Source: Dicyema japonicum
Lineage: Eukaryota > Animalia > Dicyemida
Assembly: GCA_011109175.1 (NCBI GenBank)
Contig: RDEW01000001.1
Coordinates: forward strand, 245,343-309,342
Reading direction: 5' to 3'
DNA: 64,000 nucleotides
Position numbers and translations under genes: made by a program. The notes below the pieces were generated by a model. It saw nothing but the letters and a program-made list of their open reading frames with translations. It was not told the DNA's origin and searched no databases. The stretch's first letter is position 1. Each line of letters starts with the position of its first letter. Shown piece by piece: positions 52,373 through 64,000 of the stretch.

Positions 52373-52951
52373 ATGAAACCAGCATTGGCACAATAACTCG
52401 AATAAAAAAACAAATATGCCGTACATAACCCGTGGGAACATTATATGAATTCTGTTTGTACTTATAACAAAAGTTCAATGTGCAGAATAATTTGAATTCA
52501 CGAATGTGTTGCTAGAGAGTTTACATTGAACCAGCTGCCGTAGAAACAAAAAGACCCACAGTAGTTATTTACGATAGCATAAATTCTCTAAGAATGAAAA
52601 TTGTCCATCTAACAAACTTCTCATTCAATTTTTCCTTTCTCCTTGACAAATCAGCAATCAGGAATATTGACTAAGGTTTCTATGCCCTCTGTGATGTAGA
52701 ATCCTATTATATCAAGAATCTGTCGAAACGCGTAAATAAAGAAAGAAATCCACGTCTCTTAAATTCTGCTAAAAAAGGAGCGTCTTGGCCCACGTATCAG
52801 TGATAAGTTAAGATTCTCAATTTGCGTGCTGAAATAGCATGCGATTGAGCTGGAATCCAAGATGCATACTCGTCCCTTAATTTTATGTGCATCACCTCAT
52901 CGCAACGACAATTGGATATTATGTTTTATACCAGGCATATCTAAGGATTTT
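52373..52951 (+). pseudogene. 5' fragment of gene B ending at a fold-back junction
   Basis: Reverse complement of 45304-45887; switches abruptly at about 52952 to sequence matching 43247 onward. Confidence 0.6.
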
Positions 52952-55900
52952 TAGAAGTCTGCTCTTGTGAAGGATGTAAAATCTCCGGATTGACATACCT
53001 CGAGTTTAAAAGATAATGCAGCTGCATCATGAAGCAGGATGTTTTGAGAACAATTACAGAAAACGTGAGATTGTTACTTAATGCTGAAATCCATTTAAAG
53101 CAATCAAAGAGCATGCCCTGTCCATTTATAATTACCACATTGGCTTAATTGAACCGATCGACTCTATTGATGTTGCAATGGTATTTTACCTGAATATTGT
53201 ATTTATTTTTGTTAAACTTGGGAGAGGTGTTTATTTTAATTTTTCATAAAATTGATGTATGTTGTTTCAATGTCTGGTGATTTGATAAGAAAGTCCAGAA
53301 TTTGTCTAGAAAAAATGGAATCCTGCGGGTCTTTAAAAATAAGAAAACATATATGACAACATTTGCAAGATTCCTTGCTTTCAAAGACATGATGGACAAC
53401 CCAAGTAAGCTTTAGCGCTATCAAGAATATGAAAAATCTTCTACGGATAGTTTCAGAAAGTCAACTTATCCAATACTTATGATTGTTGCGAATAAGAAAA
53501 TATTTATGTATTTGGATCTTCTGAGTGGTCTGTGGAAACAATATATTTTCTTCTTCAAGGAGGTGCATATATTTGAACGAAACAGAATGTACGACATCAA
53601 GAAGTCAGAGACTTAAGACAAATTCTGTCAATTTCATAATCTATTTTCTGAGTCGATTTCCCGGTGGACACATCCATAAAGACAGATACTCATATCAGGC
53701 TCAATAGAACTCGCGTTTAGGTGGTGAATAAAATTATACTTTTTGAAATTACTTCTCAAGAACAGCTCTTGACTTTTTACTAGAGTGACATCATGTGATC
53801 TACATGTCAGGTAACGCCCGTGCCAAACTGGCACTAAAAAGGATTATTTGTTCTCTCCCACTCCAATCATTAGGTTTCCTCAACTCAAGAAATGTATGTC
53901 TTTAACTATTATGGTTGGTTCACATGGACTCTTGGACGTTATTACCTATTTCTCTAATCACGTAAAAAGATGCATCATGTAGAACCGTTCTGGGAACGTT
54001 AATATATAAGAACGACAATAATGTTTAATCATTTGAGTTAACTTCTCAACTTTTTTTTAATTAAATCGATATTATTATTGAGCATATGAATTGGAGAGTA
54101 GAGTCCCACAGGGATCAATTATGAGACATCTATTATTTAACGTTCTAATCTGTTTCAGATGTCATCAAGTATGAAATCTCTTATATAAGTAACTACTACA
54201 ACTGTCTGATCTGTCGAGATTGGGTGTGACTCGGAGAAAAGAAACAATGTAAATGTGAAAGAAATTGAGTCTCGTTTGGTCTCCAATTGAAAAGTTCAGA
54301 AAAAAATCTAATGCAAGATTTTCAGCGGAAATGGAGACGGAATCAGCAAGGCTCCCTATGTGGAATCGATAGTATGGAATGCCTAAGTATCTCGGAACAG
54401 CTTTTGAAAAACTGAAACTGCTTAATAAAACTTTAAACTCAGAAAGAAAATAGCACACCAGACTCGAAACGGATATTTTCATTTTTTAATTACGGTCATT
54501 CTATCACTTCTCTATGGACTTGAAGAGTGCTATTACACTGCATACAAGGAGTGTTTTATCTTCCTTCTTGAAAACCTAGGATAACAGGGATCAAGATTGT
54601 CACAAGCGGCTTACGAGACTTTATATGATGACGAAGATTTGCTATTAGTGTCGATAAGAGAAGTAACAGAGAAAAAAATGGCAAACTCGGATAGGGGATG
54701 TCATCATTGACTCGTATGTCCAAACGGAATGAACCATAGAGGGGTTAAGGTCGCAGTAGGAGAGTCCAAGCTATTGCAGGACTTGTGGTAAGAAACCTAA
54801 AATAATACATTCTTTACATTTTTTTAATAAAATTTGCTAAAGTTAAAAGAAGGTTGAAGCTCATGAACGTCTTCTGACTAAGTAGAAATTGCACAACCAC
54901 TACCTGTTGATATTACTTCATTGACAAAAATCCACTGTTTTCTCTAGTGGTTTCATTTTAATGACGAGGTCCCCCACAATGTCGTCTACTGTATAAAAAT
55001 CCTTAGATATGCCTGGTATAAAACATAATATCCAATTGTCTTTGCGATGAGGTGATGCACATAAAATTAAGGGACGCGTTTGCATCTTGGGTTTATTCCT
55101 GCTTATTCGCATTTTATTTCAGCACGCCGATTTGAGAAACCTAGACTTATCACTGTTACGTCGGCCACGACGCTCCTCTTTCGGCAGAATTTAAGAGACG
55201 TGGGTTTATTTCTTAATTTGCGCGTTACGACAGATTCTTGATATAATAGGATTCTACATCAAAGAGGGCGAAGAAACCATATTCACTATTTCTGATTGCA
55301 GATTTGTCAAAGAGAAAAAAAGAATTGAGTGAGAAGTTTGTTGGATGGACAATTTTCATTCTTAGAGAATTTATGATATCGTAATTAATTCCTGTGGGTT
55401 TTTTAGTTTTTACAGCAGCTGGTTCAATATGAACTCTATAGCAACACATTCGTGAATTCATATTATTCTGCAAATTAAAGTTTTATAATAAGTTCAAACA
55501 GAATTCATATAATGTTCCCATGGGTTATGTAAAGCATATTTGTTTTTTTATTCGAGTTATTGTGCCGATGATGTTTTAAATTTTCGAGAAAGTACTGTGT
55601 GAATGATTTTTCAGGAGTAGTCGAGCAATTTCAACTTTTTTTTCCGTAACTAAGACTCATAATAATTTATGTAGAGTTTTTTTATTTAAAAATAATTAAT
55701 TTTTTAACCACTAGAAATAAAAAATAGTAATAAATTTTGTTCCAAATCGACATTTTAGATATTTTTGGCAGAGATCCGAAAAAGTGTTTTAAAAACTGAT
55801 ATGTTCCAGCCCCGAGGTCTGTTTCAAATCTACGACAGACTATATTTAATAATAATTAAATAAAAAAATTAATTAATAATTTAAATAAAATAAAATTTGA

Positions 55901-57893
55901 CCTAATAAAAATTAAATTAAATGAACAGAATTATTCATTTTGTCATATTTATTCTGTTAAGCAAAATCGTCAAAATAAAATGCAGAAAGAGATATATCTT
56001 AATTGATTCATATATAATTTAAGAATCCTTCTATAGTATATATTTCGATAACTTTAGCAATATCCTTTATTTCAGTTAACTGAAAATCTAACATTAATGG
56101 CATTAATGGTAAGTATATTATATCTGATAAAATATAAGTTTTAAATTTATTCTACACTTTTACAATGAGTTTTATACTATTGACTTAATAACAGAAATTG
56201 TTTATGGTATGTTTTTCGTTGTACATTAGGTGGTAAGCGTTATACTAATAAAACAACGATATCTAAAACTAAATATGGGGAATACTACCGATGTGGTTAT
56301 GCTTATATTAGTTTTTCGAATAATATATCTGTTACATTTTATTTAATAAAGTTGCAATATCACGATAAAAATCATTTGTATTATTTTAATCGAAAAGGTT
56401 TTTATTAATATTTATCTAGCTAATGATTGTAACCCAAAAAATTACCCAAATACACCGATTTGGTTTTTATATATCGAAAATAAAATCAAAGCAGTAATAA
56501 GTGGAAATATCAAAATATCATATATTGTCAATAACGAAATTGTACACTTTTGCATTGATTCTTAGATAACAGATGAGCATTTCATTATCATTACGATAAT
56601 TTTTAACACATGTTGTTAATCGAATCCATAAATATATTTTGATTGGTGGAAATTCTAAAATATTTATTACGGTGGAAAAACTAGATAAAAAATATGTTAT
56701 TAATAACTTTTATGTTTGTGTTGGGCATGAAAAATCTAAATGCGTTTTACTTGAAAAGCAATTTAAACAAATTAAAATGGGAGGATATTATCAATGTGGA
56801 CTCATCTCACAAAACTATAAAAATGTGACTATCGAAATTTCATCTCTTAAATTACAATTTTTCCGCAATGATCTGAGTTTTGAATTTATTGGAGATGGTA
56901 AATAAATCCGGCTGAATTTTAGATGAAGGATGCTTTGAAGAACCAACATCGAATGAAATTAAAGACAAAAAAAACATATTTAAACATCGTAATAAAACCG
57001 ACTAAATTTTAGATGAAATAAGTTTTGAAGAACTAATATCTTCTGAAAGTACATTTGTAAAAAAACTGACGAAACATCAAATAATTGGAATCGTATGTGG
57101 AGTTGTCGGACTACTGTTGTCATTGATTCTATTTATAATACTTACTGCAGTCATTGCCAATATTTTTATCAAAATGAAATCCCGTAATGAATCACTCTTC
57201 ACTGAGCCATTCCTTAAGTTAAGCTAATTATGATTCTCTTTCGGTTAAATTGGGTTAATGGTTTAATTTACTTAAATAATCACTTATCAATTCTCATGAT
57301 GGCAGCTGAGATTCAACAATTATCGTGGTCCACGGCCAGATATTTTCTTTAACTTGATTCCAGTTCTCTTACTTGATTCGATTTCATAAAATTTTTTTTA
57401 CATTAATATACAAAATTAAAATTAGATTTTATAAATTTCATAGGACGTTATTCTCTTTTAATCTCTATTTTTAAGATAATATTTCAAATGAAACGAATGG
57501 TTATTCAGTAGCTTGATAGAGATGCTAATAATATAGGCTTAGTAGACTATTTCATGCTGCACGCTTGGCGTAAATAAAATATCCAGCTGCAAACTTTAAA
57601 ATTAATTTTTAAGAAGCTGAAATTATTTAGAAGTAATGTGCTGAATTGATTGAATGGTGACGATATCTCTATTGAACAATGTCTTATTCTATTCTTTGGT
57701 AACTTTCAATTGCAGAGGACTTAAACAACCTCACAAGAACTACCAACTGATATGCGATTTAGCCACAAGAAAAGGATAGAACCTGGCCTATGAATATCTC
57801 TAATGTAAACCTTCATAATAAATCAAAATCGACGTGAGGTCAGATGATATTTTTAATTAAGACATTCCAATGACCAAGTCCTTCAAATTTCGT
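52952..57893 (+). repeat. Direct duplication of about 43247-48212 (gene B minus-strand copy 52952-55570 + A4 + 3' flank)
   Basis: Paired ORFs offset by about 9.7 kb (e.g. 43927/53634, 46956/56639). Confidence 0.93.
55921..57227 (+). CDS. LAMP-like gene copy A4 (several small indels)
   Basis: Same exon/intron layout as A2; shares the A2-type variants CVGHEK, YYQC, LSFEFIGD. Confidence 0.6.
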
Positions 57894-58895
57894 CCTTCAA
57901 ATTTATGTTATCGTAAATAACTCCTCTGGGTCTTTTTGTTTCTACGGCCGCTGGTTCAATGTAAACTCTCTAGCAACACATTCGTGAATTCAAATTATTC
58001 TGCACATTGAACTTTTGTTATAAGTACAAACAGAATTCAAGGAATGATCTTCGTTTTATTACATTCAACACAAAGCTGATCAACTACACAGGCATACACA
58101 GCTTGTATAGTCACACAACAATTTCATTACAAAGATTTTCAATAAAGTATTTGAGACACATTCTCCCTTGAAACTTGCTGATGGAATTTTGATTTTTCAG
58201 CATAAACCAGAAAAAAACAAGGGAGCGATAAAAAATCTAATGTCTTAATTAAAAATTGAAATGTCTTAATTAAAAATATCATCTGACCTCACGTCGATTT
58301 TGATTTATTATGAAGGTTTACATTAGAGATATTCATAGGCCAGGTTCTATCCTTTCTTGTGGCTATCGCATATCAGTTGGTAGTTCTTGTGAGGTTGTTT
58401 AAGTCCTCTGCAATTGAAAGTTACCAAAGAATAGAATAAGACATTGTTCAATAGAGATATCGTCACCATTCAATCAATTCAGCACATTACTTCTAAATAA
58501 TTTCAGCTTCTTAAAAATTAATTTTAAAGTTTGCAGCTGGATATTTTATTTACGCCAAGTGTGCAGCATGAAAAGTCTACTAAGCCTATATTATTAGCAT
58601 CTCTATCAAGCTACTGAATAACCATTCGTTTCATTTGAAATATTATCTTAAAAATAGTAGATTAAAAGAGAATAACGTCCTATGAAATTTATAAAATCTA
58701 ATTTTAATTTTGTATATTAATGTAAAAAAAATTTTATGAAATCGAATCAAGTAAGAGAACTGGAATCAAGTTAAAGAAAATATCTGGCCGTGGACCACGA
58801 TAATTGTTGAATCTCAGCTGCCATCATGAGAATTGATAAGTGATTATTTAAGTAAATTAAACCATTAACCCAATTTAACCGAAAGAGAATCATAA

Positions 58896-60210
58896 TTAGC
58901 TTAACTTAAGGAATGGCTCAGTGAAGAGTGATTCATTACGGGATTTCATTTTGATATAAATATTGGCAATGACTGCAGTAAGTATTATAAATAGAATCAA
59001 TGACAACAGTAGTCCGACAACTCCACATACGATTCCAATTATTTGATGTTTCGTCAGTTTTTTTACAAATGTACTTTCAGAAGATATTAGTTCTTCAAAA
59101 CTTATTTCATCTAAAATTTAGTCGGTTTTATTACGATGTTTAAATATGTTTTTTTTGTCTTTAATTTCATTCGATATTTGTTCTTCAAAGCATCCTTCAT
59201 CTAAAATTCAGCCGAATTTATTTACCTTCTCCAATAAATTCAAAATTCAGATCATTGCGGAAAAATTGTAATTTAAGAGATGAAATTTCGATAGTCACAT
59301 TTTTATAGTTTTGTGAAATGAGTCCACATTTATAATATCCTCCCATTTTAATTTGTTTAAATTGCTTTTCAAGTAAAACACATTTAGATTTTTTATGTCC
59401 AACACAAACATAAAAGTTATAAATAATATATTTTTTATCTAGTTTTTCCACCGTAATAAATATTTTAGAATTTGCACCAATCAAAAGATATTTATGGATT
59501 CCATTAACAACACTTGTTGAAAAATTACCGTGATTATAATTGAAATGCTCGTCTGTTATCTAAGAATCAATGCAAACGTGTACAGTTTCGTTATTGTCAA
59601 TATATAATATTTTGATAATTCCACTTATTACTGCTCCGATTCTATTTTTGTTAAATAAAAACCAAATCTGCGTATCTGGGTCATTTTTTGGGTTACAGTC
59701 GTTAGCTAGATAAATTTTAATAAAAACCTTTTCCAGTAAAATGATACAAATGACTTTTATCGTGATATTGCAATTTGATTGAATAAAATGTAACAGATAT
59801 ATTATTCGAAAAACTAATATAAGCATAACTACATCTGTAGTATTCCCCATATTTAGTTTTAGAAATCGTTGTGATATTAGTATAACGCTTACCTCCTAAA
59901 GTACAACGAAAAACATACCATAAGCAATTTCTGTTATTAAGTCAATAGTATAAAACTCATTGTAAAAGTGTAGAATAAATTTAAAACTTATATGTTTATC
60001 AGAAAAAATATACTTACCATTAATGCCAATTAATGTTAGATCCTCAGTTAACTGAAATAAAGGATATTCTAAAGTTATCGAAATATATACTTTAGAAGGA
60101 TTCTTATAAATTACATATGAATCAATTAAGATATATCTCCTCTCTCTGCATTTTATTTTGACGATTTTGCTTAACAGAATAAATATGACAAAATGAATAC
60201 ATCTGTTCAT
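58896..60210 (-). CDS. LAMP-like gene copy A5 (best preserved; open from ATG to stop if intron 1 is retained)
   Basis: Hand translation is continuous through five spliced introns (23, 22, 24, 25, 24 nt) to ..EPFLKLS*. A 1-bp loss after intron 1 makes retention of that intron in-frame. Confidence 0.75.
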
Positions 60211-60554
60211 TTAATCTAATTTTTATTAGGTCAAATTTTATTTTATTTAAATTATTAATTAATTTTTTTATTTAATTATTATTAAATATAGTCTGTTGTT
60301 GATTTGAAACGGACCTAGGGGCTGGAACACTTCAGTTTTTGGAACACTTTTTCGGATCTCTGCCAAAAATATCGAAAACTTCGATTTGGAACTGAATTTA
60401 TTACTATTTTTTATTTCTAGTCGTTAAAAAATTAATTATTTTTACTAGAAAAAACTCCACATAAATTATTATGAGTCTTAGTTACGGAAAAAATAAGTTG
60501 AAATTGCTCGACTACTCATAAAAAATCATTCACACAGAGTACTTTCTCGGAAAT

Positions 60555-63500
60555 ATAAAACGAGCATTGGCACAATAACTCGAATAAAAAAAACAAATAT
60601 GCCGTACATAACACGTGGGAACATTATATGAATTCTGTTTGTACTTATAACAAAAGTTCAATGTGCAGAATAATTTGAATTCACGAATGTGTTGCTAGAG
60701 AGTTTACATTGAACCAGCTGCCGTAGAAACAAAAAGACCCACAGGAGTTATTTACGATAGCATAAATTCTCTAAGAATGAAAATTGTCCATCTAACAAAC
60801 TTCTCACTCAATTCTTCCTTTCTCCTTGACAAATCAGCAATCAGGAATATTGACTAAGGTTTCTATGCCCTCTGTGATGTAGAATCCTATTATATCAAGA
60901 ATCTGTCGAAACGCGTAAATTAAGAAAGAAATCCACGTCTCTTAAATTCTGCTAAAAGAGGTGCGTCTTGGCCCACGTATCAGTGATAAGTTTAAGATTC
61001 TCAATTTGGCGTGCTGAAATAGCATGCGAATGAGCTGGAATCCAAGATGCATACTCGTCCCTTAATTTTATGTGCATCACCTCATCGCAACGACAATTGG
61101 ATATTATGTTTTATACCAGGCATATCTAAGGATTTTTATACAGTAGACTACATTGTGGGGACCACGTCATTAAAATGAAACCACTAAAGAAAACAGTGGA
61201 TTTCTGTCAATGAAGTCATATCAAAAGGTCGTGGTTGTTCGATTTCTACTTACTCAGGAGACGTTCATTAGCTTCAACCTTCTTTTAACTTTAGCAAATT
61301 TTATTATTAAAGAAATGTAAAGAATTTATTATTTTAGGTTTCTTACCACAAGTCCTGCAATTGCTTGGATTCTCCTACTGTGACCTTAACCCTTCTATGG
61401 TTCATTCCGTTTGGACATACGAGTCAATGATGACATCCCCTATCCGTTGTTTGCCATTTTTTTCTCTGTTACTTCTCTTATCGACAATAATAGCAAATCT
61501 TCGTCATCATATAAAGTCTCGTAAGCCGCTTGTGACAATCTTGATCCCTGTAATCCTCGGTTTTCAAGAAGGAAGATAAAACACTCCTTATATGCAGTGT
61601 AATAGCACTCTTCAAGTCCATAGAGAAGTGATAGAATGACCGTAATTAAAAAATGAAAATATCCGTTTCGAGTCTGGTGTGCTATTTTCTTTCTGAGTTT
61701 AAAGTTTTATTAAGCAGTTTCAGTTTTTAAAAGCTGTTCCGAGATACTTCAGGCATTCCAAACTATCGATTCCACCTAGGGAGCCTTGCTGATTCCCTCT
61801 CCATTTCCGCTAAAGAATCTCGCATTAGATTTTTTTCTGAACTTTTCAATTGGAGACCAAACGAGACTCAAATTTCTTTTACATTTACATCGTTTCTTTT
61901 CTCCGAAGTCACACCCAATCAAGACAGATCAGACAGTTGTAGTAGTCTACTTATATCAAAGATTTCATACTTGATGACATCTGAAAAAGGAAACTGGCCA
62001 GTAGAACGTTAAATAATAGATGTCTCATAATTGATCCCTGTGGGACTCTACTCTCCAATTCATATGCTCAATAATAATATCGATTTAATTAAAAAAAAGT
62101 TGAGAAGTTAACTCAAATGATTAAACATTATTGTCGTTCTTATATATTAACGTTCCCAGAACGGTTCTACATGATGCATCTTTTTACGTGATTAGAAAAA
62201 TAGGTAATGACGTCCAAGAGTCCATGTGAACCACCATAATAGTTAAAAGACATACATTTCTTGCAGTTGAGGAAACCTAATGATTGGAGTGGGAGAGAAC
62301 AAATAATCCTTTTTAGTGCCAGCTTGGCACGGGCGTTACCTGACATGTAGATCACATGATGTGACTCTAGTAAAAAGTCAAGAGCTGTTCTTGAGAAGTA
62401 ATTTCAAAAAGTATAATTTTATTCACCACCTAAACGCGAGTTCTATTGAACCTGACATGAGTATCTGTCTTTATGGATGTGTCCACCGGGATATCGACTC
62501 AGAAAATAGATTATGAAATTGACAGAATGTGTCTTCAGTCTCTGACTTCTTGATGTCGTACATTCTGTTTCGTTCAAATATATGCACCTCCTTGAAGAAG
62601 AAAATATATTGTTTCCACAGACTACTCAGAAGATCCAAATACATCAATATTTTCTTATTCGCAACAATTATAAGTTTTGGATAAATTGACTTTCTGAAAC
62701 TATCCGTAGAAGATTTTTCATATTCTTGATCGCGCTAAAGCTAACTTGGGTTGTCCATCTTGTTTTGAAAGCAAGGAATCTTGCGAATGTTGTCATATAT
62801 GTTTTCTTATGTTTAAAGACCCGCAGGATTCCATTTTTTCTAGACAAATTCTGGACTTTCTTATTAAATCACCAGACATTGAAACAACATACACTCAATT
62901 TTATGAAAAATTGAAATAAACACCTCTCCCAAGTTTAACAAAAATAAATACAATATTCAGTTAAAATACCATTACAACATCAATAGAGTCAATCGGTTCA
63001 ATTAAGCCAATGTGGTAATTATAAAGGGACAGGGCATGCTCTTTGATTGCTATAAATGGATTTCAGCATTAAGTAACAATCTCACGTATTCTGTAATTGT
63101 TCTCAAAACATCAGGTATGTCCATCTGGAGATTTTACATCCTTCACAAGAGGCAGACTTCTCAGAACTCCTTGTAAGCCCAACAACACTGAGCTACTCAT
63201 AGATCCCATTTATCATCCTCATCGTTGTGATCTTGCAATAAATATTTTAAAACCATCAATAAAAAGTAAGAGATTGGTTGTATACGTCATCAGTGATGAA
63301 TTATTTTGGGACATAGATAATTTTGGAATTTTATTGTTTAGACTTCCGCAAAAAACTAATGACTAACACAAAAAGCTGCAGAAACAAGAATCTCTCGCAA
63401 TATACCACGATATAATTAAACCATCCCAATACTATCTATTTTGAAATTTAGAGTAACTTTCAATTTGTTCATAAGGCTCTTCACAAACCTTCCAATCGTC

Positions 63501-63697
63501 AATTGGCGGCCTGAACAATTAAAGCATGGCAGAGAAAACCATGGTCCACAGAGCATTACGCCTTCTTTACATCAATCCTCGAAACAAATAGTTTATTTCA
63601 ATAATGAATGTTTATGCACTGATTTATCAAGGCTTGCTTTTTCGCCCCTTGAAATATCATCTTTGACTCCAATTTATCATCAGAATTAATTTCGAAG
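60555..63697 (+). pseudogene. Degenerate gene B, inverted full copy
   Basis: Reverse complement of 42712-45887 with a ~35-bp deletion near 63113. Confidence 0.4.
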
Positions 63698-64000
63698 TGT
63701 TCATTTTCTGTTATAAAGTCAATAGTATAAATATTGTATAACGTATAACGTATACCACCTTAGTATAACATATAACGTTTACCACCTTAGTATAACAAAA
63801 AGCGTACCATAATCAATTTCTGTTATAAAGTCAATAGTATAAAACTCACTGTAAAAGTGTGGAATAAGTGTAAAATTTATATTATATTGAAAAAAACCAT
63901 ACGTTCTATAAGTTTTCCAGTAATCTACATGTGTATTCCAATTTAACCACAATAACGGATATTCCTAAAGTTAATGAAATATATACTTTAGAAGGATTCT
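63698..64000 (-). pseudogene. Truncated divergent 5' cassette of the LAMP-like gene (copy A6, partial)
   Basis: Reads EYPLLWLNWNTHVDYWKTYRTYGFFQYNINFTLIPHFYSE; same breakpoint duplications as A1. Confidence 0.75.

Larger units (their letters stand above)
45304..52951. repeat. Large inverted repeat: arms 45304-48562 and 49703-52951, about 1.14-kb spacer
   Basis: 49703 onward is the reverse complement of the sequence ending at 48562, continuing to aaaaatccttagatatgcc (45304). Confidence 0.93.
58240..64000 (-). repeat. Inverted copy of about 42407-48190 (outer palindrome arm; runs off the window)
   Basis: Mirror ORFs: 61361/44862, 61786/44466, 62316/43927, 63441/42755; the window end is the reverse complement of the A1 cassette. 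Confidence 0.93.

Noticed and set aside
20338-63697. Stop-codon reassignment to explain in-frame TAA/TAG/TGA in PKHD1L1 and gene B
   Set aside because: All three stops occur together with frameshifts, and intact ORFs terminate normally at TAA, TAG or TGA; decay or error is simpler.

Overview
AT-rich eukaryotic DNA from a compact-genome animal. The evidence is metazoan-type CBP/p300 and fibrocystin-L genes and spliceosomal introns of only about 21-27 nt; a reduced parasite such as a dicyemid or myxozoan is an inference and cannot be confirmed from sequence alone. 0-42 kb: a frameshifted type-I membrane gene that I read as LAMP-like, a 5'-truncated LINE with an intact 726-aa ORF, a miniaturised CBP/p300 gene, pogo, hAT, RTE and R4/Dong-like transposon remnants, a tRNA-derived SINE sharing its 3' end with the local RTE LINE, and a 13.8-kb multi-exon PKHD1L1 (fibrocystin-L) homolog with an inserted kringle domain and many lesions. 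42.2-64 kb: a fold-back array of alternating orientation (+,-,+,-). It holds four full copies and two truncated, locally divergent 5' cassettes of a small gene whose spliced product is signal peptide + two LAMP-like domains + TM + short tail. Each full copy is head-to-head with a degenerate gene that may be SZT2-like. This palindromic LAMP-like surface-protein array is the most novel feature. Caveats: all alignments and translations were done by eye, family names rest on remembered motifs rather than searches, and many 1-bp indels may be assembly errors.
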